Program-made: the position numbers and the translations under genes
The notes under the pieces: model-generated
What the model saw: the letters and a program-made list of their open reading frames with translations, nothing else
Told to the model about the DNA's origin: nothing
Database searches by the model: none
Part shown: positions 1 through 12,120 of the stretch, in pieces
Layout of the letters: each line of letters begins with the position of its first letter
Position numbering within the stretch: the first letter of the stretch is position 1
Assembly (NCBI GenBank): GCA_013239625.1
Contig: MU054132.1
Location: 992,001-1,056,000 of the forward strand
Length of the DNA: 64,000 nt
Source of the DNA: Lama guanicoe
Lineage: Eukaryota
Reading direction: 5' to 3'

Positions 1-159
1 ATCCAGCTGGGACACCGTCTCCGGGCTCTCCCAAAACTTGCTGGACGGGCCCCCGTCCTTCCGCCGATAAACGGCTAGGCCCGCGGCCGCCGCCGCGCCT
101 CCCGCGCCCGCCGCGCCCGCCGCCGTCCCCAGCCCGCTGCCGCCCGCCGCCGCGGCCAT
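1..159 (-). CDS. SMARCC1: SMARCC1 (BAF155) coding exon 1, partial (continues off the left edge)
   Basis: Reverse complement from ATG at 159 reads MAAAAGGSGLGTAAGAAGAGGAAAAAGLAVYRRKDGGPSSKFWESPETVSQLD, matching the recalled BAF155 N-terminus (LAVYRRKDGGP..KFWESPETVSQLD). Confidence 0.96.
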   Translation of the reverse strand, partial: MAAAAGGSGLGTAAGAAGAGGAAAAAGLAVYRRKDGGPSSKFWESPETVSQLD

Positions 160-800
160 AGTCGCCGTCCGTCGTCCCCGCCACCCGGCCTGCCCCGGCC
201 CTCGCGGCGTTCCCCGTTCGCAACCGCGCGCGCGCGCGTAGCCGCCACAGCCGCCTCCCGGCCCCGCCCAGCCAGCCCCCTTCCGGCGCGGATGCCCGGC
301 CCCGCCCCTTCTCGGGACCGGCGCCCTAACCGACGAGGGCACGCGCACACGCATGCGCAACACTCGTGCCAGGCAGGCCGCTGACGACACCTTCGCCCGC
401 CTCTTCCGCCAGCTGCGCAAAGTGCTCGCCCTCTCAGCCACCCAGCCTCGGCCTCTGCGAGTGTGGCACTTTCCCAGGTTCCTGTGTGGAATCGTTCTGC
501 GGGCTACAACTGCACGGAGGTTCTGTGTCATCGCCTGCCACGGCTGGGGAGAAACGGGCTGGTGTGAGATCTTCCGAGGGGAAAGCCCGTTTAGGGTGTC
601 ACGTGCTGGCGGAGGAACTCACACTCCGGGTGGAAATCTGCGCCTGCCCCGGCTTGCCCTTAGACTTTCTGCACGAGGCACCCTGTCGGCTTTTGTAAAC
701 CCATTGGAGAACGCCACCCCGAGATCCTTTGGCTTCACACACTTTCCTCCCCTTCGTGGCCTCAACCACACCAGCACGTTCCTGCCTTGGGGCCCTTGCA
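1..800. promoter_or_regulatory. SMARCC1: CpG island / SMARCC1 promoter
   Basis: Very GC- and CpG-rich. ETS-like CTTCCGG near 280, GC box near 300, NRF1-like CACGCATGCGCA at 348-359. Confidence 0.85.
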
Positions 801-979
801 CCAGCTGTTACCGCGACTTGGACAGTTCTTCCCCTCTAATAGTTTCTGAGACGCTTTTAGATTCATAGCTTAAGAAAAGCGGTCCCTGACCTTACGAGCT
901 TGAACAGTTAATCATACTCGACATTCTCTGCGTAGCACTCGCCACGACCTGGTATTTTTCTTATTTTCTTACTTTACAC

Positions 980-1090
980 ATAAATTATATGGGAGCCTTG
1001 TCTTGTTCACAGGTGTACCCTCAGTGCTGGGAACAGAGCCCGTTACTTAACAGGTGTTCAATAAATATTTGATGAATGAATGAGTGACTT
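980..1090 (+). mobile_element. L2 3'-end fragment
   Basis: ...tgttcaataaatatttgatgaatgaatgagtga, a typical L2 tail. Confidence 0.6.
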
Positions 1091-1744
1091 ACATGGAAGC
1101 AGAGAGGTTTTAAATTATTAACAAAGTATGATTGGCCGTTATGGAGCTTTGAACACAATGCTATCTGACCCCAGAACAGCAGGTGACTAGTTGGTTGTGA
1201 GAAAGTCCGGTGAGTTATGAAACCAACATTTAAGAATGAATAGCATGTGATCAGGGAGGAAAAGAAATTTCAGACACACTGAATAACTAGAACAAAGGCA
1301 ATGAATTGTGAAAGCATGCAGAGTGAAACTCTCCTTAAACCCATGGAGTGAAAACAGAGATGTTACCTGGGGTGGCAGTGAATTTTGACTATCCTCTAAG
1401 CATTGAGAAACCAGCTTGAACAAAGAAAATGACATGACCAGATTTATAGATTGGGAAGTATCAGTTGCAGCAATGTAAATGCTTGAGTAGAAGAAAGACT
1501 GAAGAAAAGATGACCTGATGTCTAGGACAGAAACAATGAGAATAAGATATGAGTAAGACATGAATCATAATCTCTAGGATCTCAGACTTTAGAAATAATG
1601 ATAATCGCTGGTGTTTATGGAGCAATTATTGTGTGCTAAGTACACCTAAGTTAGTGCAAATAAGGAAATCGAGGCAGAGAGATGTGAAGTAACTGGCTTT
1701 CAAGAGTCAGTCCTGGAGCCAGCCCCTCTTCCCAACTACAATGT

Positions 1745-1880
1745 CTTTTCTCTTCTTTCCTTCCTTCCTTTCTCCCTTCCTTCCTTTCTTTTTTTCCTTT
1801 TAATGGAAGTAGTGGGGATTGAACCCAGGACCTTATGCATGCTTAGCATGCACTCTACCACTCAGCTATACCCCTCCCCT
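1745..1880 (-). mobile_element. tRNA-Ala-derived SINE (vic-1-like)
   Basis: Reverse complement GGGTATAGCTGAGTGGTAGAGTGCATGCTAAGCATGCATAAGGTCCTGGGTTCAATCCCC has A and B boxes and a purine-rich tail. Flanked by actaca(a/g)tgt direct repeats. Confidence 0.85.
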
Positions 1881-2164
1881 ACTACAGTGTGTTTTCTGTT
1901 AATAGTATGAGAGTAGAGCAGATAAAATGCACTGGAGGAGTTCAGAAAGCTATTTCATTTGCCTAGAGCCATAGAGAGGGAGCTTAGTTCTTCCAATGCA
2001 CTGGTATTCCCACTTTTTTGCTCATATAACTTAGAAAATAATTTGGGAAACCATATGCCTTTTTTTTTTTTAGGAAAACATCTAAAATTTCTCATCAAAA
2101 GTTGAAGAATTGAAGAGCACATTATAAATACAGACTTTTTTAATGAAATGGTTACATCACATTT

Positions 2165-2800
2165 TTTAAGTTTTTATTTTGAAATAACATCAAACTTACA
2201 AAAAAATTGCAAATACAGTACAAAGTATGTTTCCTTTTCCTGAACCTTAAGAGAGTCACTTGCTGACGTGATGCCCATGAGTCTCAAAAATGTTACTGTG
2301 CATTTCCTACAGACAAGTGTATCCTCTTACATAATCACAACACAACCATCAACACCAGGAAATTAACATTAATACTATCCTCAGACCCCAATTCACGTTT
2401 TCCCTGTTGCCCCCATAAGTTCCTAATACCAAAGTTTGCAGTTCAGAATCATGCACTGCATGAGGTAAAGGTTTCAAATCTCCTTCCGTCTGGAAGAGTT
2501 CGTCAGTCTTTAACTTCCACAATGTTGGTAATTTTGAAGATTACATGTCAGTTATTTTATAGAATGCCTCTCAATGTGAGTTTGACTGATGTCCTTCATG
2601 CTGTGTTTTTGTCACTGCGTACAATCAAGTGGCACATGATTTCATATCTTCCATTACTTTGATGACTTGATTGAGAGTATCTTCCAGGCTTCTCTACTGT
2701 GAAGTTATTTTTGCCTTTGTAATTAATTAGTATTTTCTGGAGAGTTATTTTGAAAGTATGTAAATATCCCATTCCTCATCAAACCTTCCGTATATTTTTA
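2165..2800 (-). mobile_element. Ancient L1 (L1M-type) 3' region
   Basis: Degenerate L1M 3'-UTR-like sequence recognised by eye. Confidence 0.55.
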
Positions 2801-3159
2801 TTAGACAAACTTAGGTGCTTCCAAACTTGACTAAATACATATTTGTAGCTTCCTTCTCTAAAAATTGGAACTCTAATTGCTATTGTCCTTACTATATTTA
2901 CTTATTTATCAGATCTCCTATATGTAACCAATTCCATGCTGGCTCCCCTCCCATGTATGTACCCCCTACCCATCTTGACTCCTACATCCCCATGCTAAGC
3001 CACTCTGATATGCTTACATCTACCTTTCTCACTCCATCTAATGGCTTTAGGGCTGAATTATTTGAGAAGAGATGGTAGGGGACTAGAAAAATAAAGAACA
3101 CATTACTCAAACCTAAAGAAGTCTAAATATGTAATAATGTGGTGGCCATAATAGAATAC

Positions 3160-3765
3160 AGACAGTCCTCTCTGCACAAGAGTGCAATACCATAAAAATG
3201 ACTGTGGAAGCAGAAACTATGCAAAGCAAAATTAATACTCAATGGAGAAAGTGAGAATTATTCCATGGCGTTTAAACTTTTTTATCAAGACATTTTAGAC
3301 CCTATTGATTTTTAATGTATGAAGGAATGGATAGTTAATAGTTAAATTTATTTAGTACACTATACTTTAAAAAATTAGCAACATTAAGAATTATCACATT
3401 TTACTTGTTGGTGAAGAACTTAACCAACAGTAGTTTGACCTTATTATATACTTTATGATATAAGCAAGCATTTTTTTTTAACGTTTTGTCAAATTATTAT
3501 GCCCCTTTCGAACTCTGGATCAGCTTCCAACATTTTGTACTTCACACCTTTAATGTGAAACTTTTTGCAGATGTCACTTCATCTAAGATGTCTTCATTCT
3601 TTTCTTCACAATCACTTTCCTCATTTATGTGGATAAGTTTGGCTTCACTGAGTTCCTCTGGTTGTATATCTAAGATTTCTCAAAGACTGTCAGTGTCAAC
3701 ATTTCCCTGGTCATCTGTTTATTCTAAAATGTTATACACATTTGATTTGAATTTCACTTGACATC
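3160..3765 (-). mobile_element. Decayed Tigger-like (TcMar) DNA transposon fragment
   Basis: The minus strand encodes an interrupted acidic peptide, LDIQPEELSEAKLIHINEESDCEEKNEDILDEVTSAKSFTLK...MLEADPEFERG, resembling Tigger/pogo transposase C-termini. Confidence 0.5.
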
Positions 3766-3769
3766 AGTA

Positions 3770-4040
3770 AGATATAAACCAAAAATCACATGATCATCTC
3801 AATAGATGCAGAAAAAATTTTGACAAAATCTATCATGCTAAAAACATGCTAAAAATAATCCTTTCATTTTAAAAACACTCAACAAATTTGCAGTAGAAGG
3901 GAACTTCTTGAACTTGATAAAGGGCATCAATGAAAAATCCAGAGCTAGCATCATACTTGATGGTGAAAAACTGAATGCTTTTCCCCAAATATCAGTAACA
4001 AGGATGTCTGCTCTCACCACTTCTATTCAACATTGTACTT
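3770..4040 (+). mobile_element. L1 ORF2 reverse-transcriptase fragment
   Basis: aaaaatcacatgatcatctcaatagatgcagaaaaa...caaggatgtctgctctcaccacttctattcaacattgtact encodes L1 RT motifs (HMIISIDAEK; GCLLSPLLFNIVL). Confidence 0.85.
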
Positions 4041-4104
4041 GGGTTTTTTGTGTGTGTTAAAATGTATGTAATAATATTTACCATTTTACCATTTTAAACA
4101 TTTT

Positions 4105-4395
4105 TCTTTTTTTAATGTTTAGTAAGCCACTATTTTATTGGGGGGATTATGTTTATTCATTTATTTATTTTTATTTTTTATTTTTTTAGCAACTACCATG
4201 GCATTTATTAGGTGTCAGTAAGCTTCACAATCAGTTTCATGATCAGAAAGTAAAGCAAGATCTCAGTGTGTTTTCTTTATAAAATTGTTGAATTTCTGAA
4301 CATTCATTTATTTTTTAGTGAAGAGGCTGGGGATTGAACCCAAGACTTCAAGCACGCTAAGCACATGCTCTACCACTCAGCTCCACCCTCCTCTT
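4105..4395 (-). mobile_element. tRNA-Ala-derived SINE with a nested insertion in its tail
   Basis: tRNA-like head at about 4320-4393. Flanking repeats ccattttaa(a)catttt near 4089 and 4396. Tail interrupted at 4167-4301. Confidence 0.75.
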
Positions 4396-4519
4396 CCATT
4401 TTAACATTTTAAAGCGTACAATTCCATGACATTAAGTACATTCACAGTGTTGTGCAACCATTACTGCTATCCATCTCCTGAGCTTTTTCATCCTCCCAAA
4501 CAAAAACTATCTGAAACCT

Positions 4520-4650
4520 GTTTTTAATTTTTTTTGGGGGGGGGGTAACTAGATTGATTTATTTATTTAATGGAGGTACTGGGGATTGAACCCAGGACTT
4601 TGTGCATACTAAGCATGCACTCTACCACTGAGCTACACCCCTCCCCCCTG
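4520..4650 (-). mobile_element. tRNA-Ala-derived SINE (vic-1-like)
   Basis: Reverse complement GGGTGTAGCTCAGTGGTAGAGTGCATGCTTAGTATGCACAAAGTCCTGGGTTCAATCCCCAGTACCTCCATTAAATAAATAAAT...CCCCC-A tail. Confidence 0.85.
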
Positions 4651-4830
4651 CCACTTGTTTTTATAAATAAACTTTTACTGGAATGCAGCCATGCTCACTT
4701 CTTTATGTATTGTCTACAGCCGCTTCTGTGCTACAGTGGCAGGACTAAATAGTTGTGACAGAAAACATACGGCCTGCAAGTCTAAAACATTTTCTATCTG
4801 ACCCTTTAGAGAAAATATTTGCTTAGGCCT
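4651..4830. mobile_element. MER58-like hAT-Charlie MITE (partial)
   Basis: gtttttataaataaacttttactggaatgcagccatgctcac...ggcctgcaag...atctgaccctttagagaaa, antiparallel to the copy at 25530. Confidence 0.75.
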
Positions 4831-5064
4831 AGTCTTTGATACATCTTAGAAAAGCCTTTTTGGTATCCTTCCCAGAAACTGAGAAAGCTAATGACTGTAA
4901 CAACTGGTAAACAATCATGTAGTTTCCAGTGCTTTTCTCTTCCTCAAAATCGAAGAAACCTATATCCTTTTGGGTAAGATTTATTTCCCTCTGTACACTG
5001 TTTATGAGATTCATCCATAATGTTGCAGGTACCAAGTTTATTCCATTTGGTTATTAGTTAATTT

Positions 5065-5350
5065 GTCAACTGGGTTATTGCTCTTTTTATTACTGAGTTG
5101 TAAGAGTTCTTTCTATATTCTGGATACAAGTCTCTTATCAGATAAATAATTTGCACTTATATTCTCTCATTCTGTGATTTTTTTCATTTTCTTGTCAGTA
5201 TATTTTGAAGCACAAAAGATTTCGATTTTGATGAAGTCCAACTTATTTTTTCTTCTGTTGTCCGTGCATTTTTCTAAGAATACTTTGCCAAACCAAGGTC
5301 ATGGAGGTTTGCCCTCATGTTGTCTCGTAAGAATTTTGTAGTTTTAGCTC
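5065..5350 (-). mobile_element. L1 ORF2 fragment
   Basis: gagttgtaagagttctttctatattctggatacaagtc...ttttgatgaagtccaactt, typical antisense L1. Confidence 0.75.
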
Positions 5351-5448
5351 TTAGCATGTACAAGGTCCTGGGCTCACTCCTCAGTACCTTCATTAAAGTA
5401 AATAAATAAATAAGCAAACCTAATTACCTCCCCTACCAAAAAAAAAAA
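5351..5448 (+). mobile_element. 5'-truncated tRNA-Ala-derived SINE
   Basis: ttagcatgtacaaggtcctgggctcactcctcagtaccttcattaaagtaaataaataaataagcaaacctaattacctcccctacc-A tail. Confidence 0.7.
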
Positions 5449-8400
5449 TCAACAATGCCAGTAACAGGATAAATCAGCATCACATGCCAAACAATGAGAA
5501 GACTATAGTTCACTTCTGTGACATTCCTGCCAAAGTGCTTGACTTAAATCTAATCATGAGGAAACATCAGAAAAATCCAAACTGAGAAGCAGTCTACAAA
5601 GTAACTGGCCTGTGCTTTTAAAAACTATCCAGCTTGGGACAGATAAGGAAAGAACTTAGGTCATATGTAACACATGACCCTATACGTTACTGGGACAATG
5701 TGGTAAAGTGTCAACAATAGGGGAAATTGGTAAAGGATAAAACAGGAGTTCTTGCACTATTCTTTAAACTTTTCTGTTTGTGAAATTATTTCAAAATCTT
5801 AAAAAAACTTAGATATAGTTCACACTATAGTCCAAGGCTCATGACAAATTTTTGATATAACAACAGGGATAATATCTTTATAAAGATCAAACCAGGTTTA
5901 ATAATTTTTTAATGGGCTGACCGGAGTTATGGCTCCAAGACCATTTCCAGTCTCATTCTCTGAGCCTATGAGGCCTGGGAATCTAATGGAAGTGCAGAAG
6001 CTGCTGACACTGAAACATAAAACACACACTCAGAGGGATAGTGATGGCATCACTTCTAGATCCCGTATGAATCTTATTTGGAAGAAACTGGGGAAGACTC
6101 ATTGCTCAGAAAGCCTCCTGGAAACCAAAGGGACAAAAGCTTGCCAAGGAAGTCTAAAGCCCAGGGTCCTGGTGAAGTTTCCGTCACCTGAGGGAGTTTA
6201 GGATGCAGTTTGGATTAAAGTGGAATTCAGTAAATAATTTATTAAAAATGTTATTGGAGTGCGATGTACTAACAGAAATACATACAAATAAAAGTGTAGT
6301 GCTCATCAGATTACACCAAAGTGGACATCCTTGTGTAACCACCACCCAGCTGGTGAACTGGAGGCAGCCTGGAAGCCCCTCTTCCAGGTCTTCTCCAATC
6401 ACTGCCACTTCTAGGTCCCAGAGATGACTGTTCTCCTGACATACTGCTGCGCCAGAGATTGGTTTTACCATTTTTCATAATACTTTGAACTGATTAGGGG
6501 TTTTAGCAGTGAATTTTACTTTTCAAATTCAATTCTCTTTTTTCTGCATGTGAATAATGCATACCCAAGGTAGAAATTTTGAGAGTTCATTATCTGTCTT
6601 AAAACTTTTAATAAATGGCATAGTTCACAATGGTGAATTTCACAGCTCAATTTTAAAAGCTCTTTCCCTTGATAGTCACTCTGAAAAGACTCCATGTGCC
6701 AGTTCATACTGATTCTATGATGAGAGCACAGTAATATGCTAAGGTTTTAGTAGCACAGGGAACTGCCATTCCCACATGACAGCATTAGACACATGAAGTT
6801 AAAATGAGCCACTGCCTACTTAAACAGAAGTTAAACATAATTACTGGCTTCAGACTCAGCATGAGTAACCAAATATTCCTTACAGCCAGTGACTCTTGAC
6901 TAATAGCCACTACCACTAGAATTAACGTAGTAAAGATGAAAATGGCAAAATCTGACAACTGGTCAGAGCAGAAGGGTGCTCCCATCTATGAATCCCTCCT
7001 CTCCTCATTCTCTGATTCCCCTAGCAGGGGTTAAGACAAAGGCCCATAAGCATTTGAGAATAAAATAAAGATAAGAGTCGGAAAAAGAATCCTATCTGGT
7101 GTATATCACCAAAAGAGTTAACAAGCTATATGATTTTTCAAGGTTAACTGTTAGCCAGAAAGATTCATTAAGTCTTCAACAACAGTAAAGACAAAAACTT
7201 GTATAAATCTAGTTGTCCTAAGAGCCTGTGAAGGCCCTCTAGCTGCGTATGTCCTGCCTGTATCCTCATTCTGCGGCAATAACAGTCATATTCACATCTA
7301 ACGAATTCCCATCAATTAAGGATGATCTGTAAAAAATCTAGCCTCCGAGTCTGCTTCCTAGATCTATCAGGCATTCAAATACATCCTTAGCAACTATTTT
7401 GAGTAGCTGAAATTCTAAACGCCATAGAAGTTTTTAAAATTTGGGAATGGATCTTAGATGAAAGATCGTAAGTCAACTGTGAAAGAAATGCATTCTAGCT
7501 TCCTGAGACAGAAGTGCTACGGTGAGTTCTACGGTGAAAGTACAGTAGTGAACGCTGCTGACCTCTAGTGCTTAATAGAAGAATTACATGTCCCACTCAA
7601 AAGACCCAAAACACGGGACTTAACAACAAAAACCCCCTCTGACTTGGCTGGCCACTGATTTCCCTGGTGTGAGGGTAAAAAGCAGGGAAGTTTTGAAGTA
7701 TTGTTATCATCCTATATATATTTTTTCTGTTTACCACGTTTTCTTTGCTTCTCTTTTCTCATATCCTGCCTTCTGTTCAATTAATAGTTTTCTGTATTTT
7801 CCATTGACTGGCTTGGGAGAACTGTTTCTATTTTTTTTTAGTAGTTATACTTAATTTCTTTTATACTATAAGTAAAAATTTCTAAAATCCTAAGTTATTT
7901 ACTATCTTATCTTCCTCCTGAATAACACCTGACTCCGTGATTGCTCTAAGGATTAGGGGCTGGTTCATTTGCCCATGGTGTATTTATTCAATAATTGTAT
8001 TTTTAATTTCTGGGACTTCTAACTGGTTCTTCAAATATTTACTTTTACCATTTCATTTCTGACCACTTTTATTTCATAATTTCTTATTCTATTAACAAAG
8101 GTATCCTCCTTTTATATCTTTGAAGATTCTAAACACTTATTTTAAAGTTTTTATCAGGTCACTCCATTAGTTTCACTTCAACTACAGAGAATTCATCTCT
8201 TGATGCTGGTTTTGTTGGTTATTTTTTCTTTGGCTAGGTTTTCTTGTGTGTTTTGGAAGCTTAACTTCTAAGCTCCTCATAAGTGGAAAAAATTTCCCCA
8301 CACATGTTCTCTCTCCTTCCCTCATGGTTTTGTGGTAACCTCTACCCAATCCTCCAGGAACCCCAATCCGGAAAACAAGTCTTACGTTAATAACTTGAGA

Positions 8401-9528
8401 CTCTGCACCATGAAATTGGGGAGACAGGAGATCCAGGCACCAAGTGAGAGGGTAGCTGGATTTAGGTCTGGATTCAATGTTGTATCTGCTCCCTAAGTAT
8501 AAAACTTCATATAAACTATATCTTCATGCATAGATTAGTTGTAGTTTTTTTCAATCTCTTTTAAATTTAGAAAGCCTCATCTAAATTCCTAATTGCAAAC
8601 AGCAACCCAGGCCCCAATTATTTACATTCCATGGGGTAGTTTTACCCATCCCCTCAACCACTTACCTTCCAAGTTACAAACTCCAGACTGCCTCTATGTT
8701 TGGATACTCAGCCCAGCAAAATTACAGCTCATTGTTCCTGATCAATAAAAATGTTTTTGTTTTTGAATATGGATATTTAATGTTAATCTTTTCTTGTTAA
8801 TTCTACCATGTGTTTGGAACAAAGGCAGTGGCATCAAAGTGTGTACTATCTTGATCAGAACCCAGTTTCATTCTTTTCTTTTTTAAACCTGTATATTGGC
8901 CCTTTGACAGTACCATCGTTAACAGTGATGGCTAAAAAGCAGCCTAGGAGCTACGCGTTCTCTTTTCAGTTTTACCAATAAATATTTTGTAAGATTGGGG
9001 AAAACTGACTTGTACAATTGGCCAATGACATTAACTAGAGCTTCTGTCAGAAATAATTGATCTTACAAGTGTTTACTGCATACCAAAAAAAACCCATGAT
9101 ACTATTTCTGCACTTTGAGGCCACAAAATTAACCCAAGGGAAGCTTATGAATAAATAAATAAACTATATTCACGTTGTGATGCTGCAATGATACCAAACT
9201 TAAAATACTGGTGCAAAGGACAGGGATAAGATTCAATTTTACTCAAAAGAATTTATCTATAGTTAAGAATTATGCAAATAATATTAAGGATTTACTAGCT
9301 TTTTAAACTATAACATTGATTTTGTGGTTGTGCTGAATAAAAGAAATCTTATAGATGCACCCTGGTATATTTACAAATGAAATGGTATGAATTGACTGGA
9401 AGAACCTACAATGGTGGACACTGGCTGATGGGCACCTGGGCACCTCTAGATGAAGCAACTTTCAGTCTTGAGTTGATAATTGTTAAAGCTAGGTGGGAAA
9501 GATGGGTACTAATGGGTGCTCATTATAC

Positions 9529-9995
9529 TGTCAGGAACTGTGCAGGTGCAGATCTGGAGTTTTAACCTACTTAGCAAACTAAACTGATAGCTACCCTGTT
9601 ACTATTTCATTGATGTTGGTAGAAGACACAAGACTCCTAGATCAGACGCAAAGGACCTTAAAATGGTTGCCAGAGCTTCATGTTGGTTTGCAACAGGTCC
9701 TCACGCCCCCAAGTTTCCTGGGTCTGATACAAAGGGTTGATCACGGTTGTCTGCTCACATGGTGGGTTTCATTACCAGACAAGAAGCTTGGGAGATTCAG
9801 TTTTTATAGCCAAGTAGAAGCTCAGTCTGCCCTTTGTCCTGGAGGAGACAATACTTCATTCCTCGAGGATGCTTGCTGAAAACACAATCCTAAGAAATAG
9901 CCCAGGTAAAGAGCAGTCAGGGTCTTGCATTCTTGGTATACCCAACAAGAACTTGCAGGGGTGCTCAGGGTCCATGCAGACTGCCTCTCCTAACA
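9529..9995. mobile_element. Solo ERV-type LTR inserted into an L1M 3' end
   Basis: Begins TG(tcagg) and ends (cctaa)CA, flanked by a tatac/catac 5-bp near-duplication. The flanks rejoin into a continuous L1M tail (gggtgctcattatac|tatctcttcacttttgtgtatgtttgaaat). Confidence 0.6.
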
Positions 9996-10410
9996 CATAC
10001 TATCTCTTCACTTTTGTGTATGTTTGAAATTATTCATAAGAGAAAATAAATTTCAAAAAGAATTGTACATCTGACCTTAACATATTTGAAAAGGTATATA
10101 TATATAGCTAGCCAGCATAGGTGTGTTAACAGCTACCATTATAACCAAATTTCTTTCTCAGGAGCCCTACACATTCCAAATGCTTCATTTCTGTTTTTTA
10201 CTATCATAAAAGGAATATATACTTTTGATTCCCCAAAATCTAGCCACATAGAAGAGTATAAACTGAAACCTGAGAGACTCTGACCTAGTTGCAGTTAACA
10301 GTTCTGATCCACCCTTTCAAAAATGTCCTATGCTTACATAAGCATGTCAGAACACATGATCTTTTAAAAAATGCACTTGGAATCATAAGCACACTGTGTA
10401 TAAAGATTGC

Positions 10411-10503
10411 TTATTTATTTATTTTTAATGGAGGTACTGGGGACTGAACCCAGGACCTCATGCGTGCTAAGCATGCACTCTACCACTGAGCTATACCCTC
10501 CTC
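10411..10503 (-). mobile_element. tRNA-Ala(AGC)-derived SINE (vic-1-like)
   Basis: Reverse complement GAGGGTATAGCTCAGTGGTAGAGTGCATGCTTAGCACGCATGAGGTCCTGGGTTCAGTCCCCAGTACCTCCA followed by (TAAA)n. Confidence 0.85.
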
Positions 10504-10633
10504 AAATTTGCTTTTTAGGAAAGACCTGAAAATTGCTTTTTTTTACTCAGCATTTCCAGGATGTTTTCCATGTCTGCACACTAGCTCTAACTCGTTCTTT
10601 TAAATTGCTGCATACTCCTTCATTCAATTAATG

Positions 10634-11014
10634 TGTGATGGACTGAATTGTGTCCATATGTTCAAATTTATACGTTGAACACTTAACCCTCAATGTGACT
10701 CTGTTTGAAGATAGAGCCTTTAGGGAGGTAACTGAGGTTAAATGAGGTCTTAAGTTTGGGGTCCTAATCAGATAGGACTGGTGTCCTTATGTGAGGAAGA
10801 GACACCAGAGGCCTCTGTCTCTCCATGCAACTGCAGAAGAAAAGCCATGAGAGGACACAGTCTACAGGCTGGGAATAGAGGTCTCACCAGATACCAACTC
10901 TGACGGCACCTTGATTTTGGACTTATAGCCTCCAGAACTATGGAAATAAATTTCTGCTGTTTAAGTTACCCAGTCTGTGGTATTTTGTTCTGATAGCCCA
11001 AGCAGACTAATACA
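10634..11014 (+). mobile_element. MLT1-family (MaLR) solo LTR
   Basis: tgtgatggactgaattgtgtcc...ttaaatgaggtc...aataaatttctgctgtttaagttacccagtctgtggtattttgtt...agcagactaataca, with TG...CA ends. Confidence 0.85.
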
Positions 11015-11579
11015 GATGCATTCTTTAATTCAATTAGTCCCTTAATAAGAAATGCATAGGTTGTTTTTTTTTTAAACAGTACATATAATGCAGAAATGAA
11101 TTTCCTCACACATATGGGAGTATGGTTAGATAAACTAAATCGGGTCAAAGGGCATGCACATCTTAAATTGGATACTGCCAACCACCCTGTAAAAAAAAGT
11201 GCTACCAATTCACTGTCCCCCCAATATGAGGGCTTGTTTCCCTAAACTGGAACCAGTCTCCCAGGTGAAAATGTTCACTCATTCAACAACACTTATTCAG
11301 CACTATTTCTGAATAGTGCCAGGCACTGTGTAAGGTGCTTAGGATACAGTGGTGGAGAAAGGATTAAGTTCTTGCTCTCAAAGATCTTTATTCTAGTGGG
11401 GAAACAGGTGGTTAGGAAGGGTACACACATAAATACACAAGGTGGAGAGGTAAGCTGTCTCTGAGATAACATCTAAGTAGTGACCCAGATGGAGAGAGCA
11501 AACTAATCTTACCAATACTTGAGGGAAGAATACTAAGAAAGCTTCAAGGTTTTAACTGTCTTTTAACAATTAGCAAAGT

Positions 11580-12120
11580 TGCAGTTCTGTTCCTCGGGAT
11601 GTACCCAAAAGAACTGAAAACAGGTGTTCAAATTCTTGTACACCAATGTTAACAGCATCACTACTCTCAATAGCCAGAAGGTGAAAAGAACCCAAATGTC
11701 CATCAACATGTGAATGGATAAGCAAAATGTGGTATATCCATAAGATGGAGTATTACCCAGCCATAAAAGTGAAGTACTGCTATATGCCACGACACAGATA
11801 AATCTCAAAAACATTATGCTAAGTGAAAAAAGCCAGATATAAAAGGCCACACGTTGTATGTTTCATTTATATGAAATATCTGGAGTAGGCAAATCCACAG
11901 AAACTAGGCAGATTAGTGGTTGCCAGGGAGGGTGCAGTGGGAGACTGGGGGAGGAAGAGAAGAGAACATACGGAGTTTCCTTCTGGGTTGATGAAAATGT
12001 TATGGAACTAGATTGTGATGGCTTCATAAACACATACCAAATGCTGCTGAACTGTATACTAAAGTACATATATAAGGGTCAAAATGTTAAATGTTATGTG
12101 TATTTTGCCACAATAAAAGA
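11580..12120 (+). mobile_element. L1M 3' end
   Basis: acccaaatgtccatcaac...aaaatgtggtatatccat...cattatgctaagtgaaaaaagccaga...ttttgccacaataaaa. Confidence 0.8.

Noticed and set aside
75-868. ORFs 75-350 (-), 353-868 (+) and 366-698 (+)
   Set aside because: Off-frame or promoter ORFs in the SMARCC1 CpG island; the real frame starts at ATG 159.
10428-10503. Possible genuine tRNA-Ala gene
   Set aside because: Acceptor-stem mismatch, a (TAAA)n tail instead of a T-run terminator, and several sister copies mark it as a SINE.
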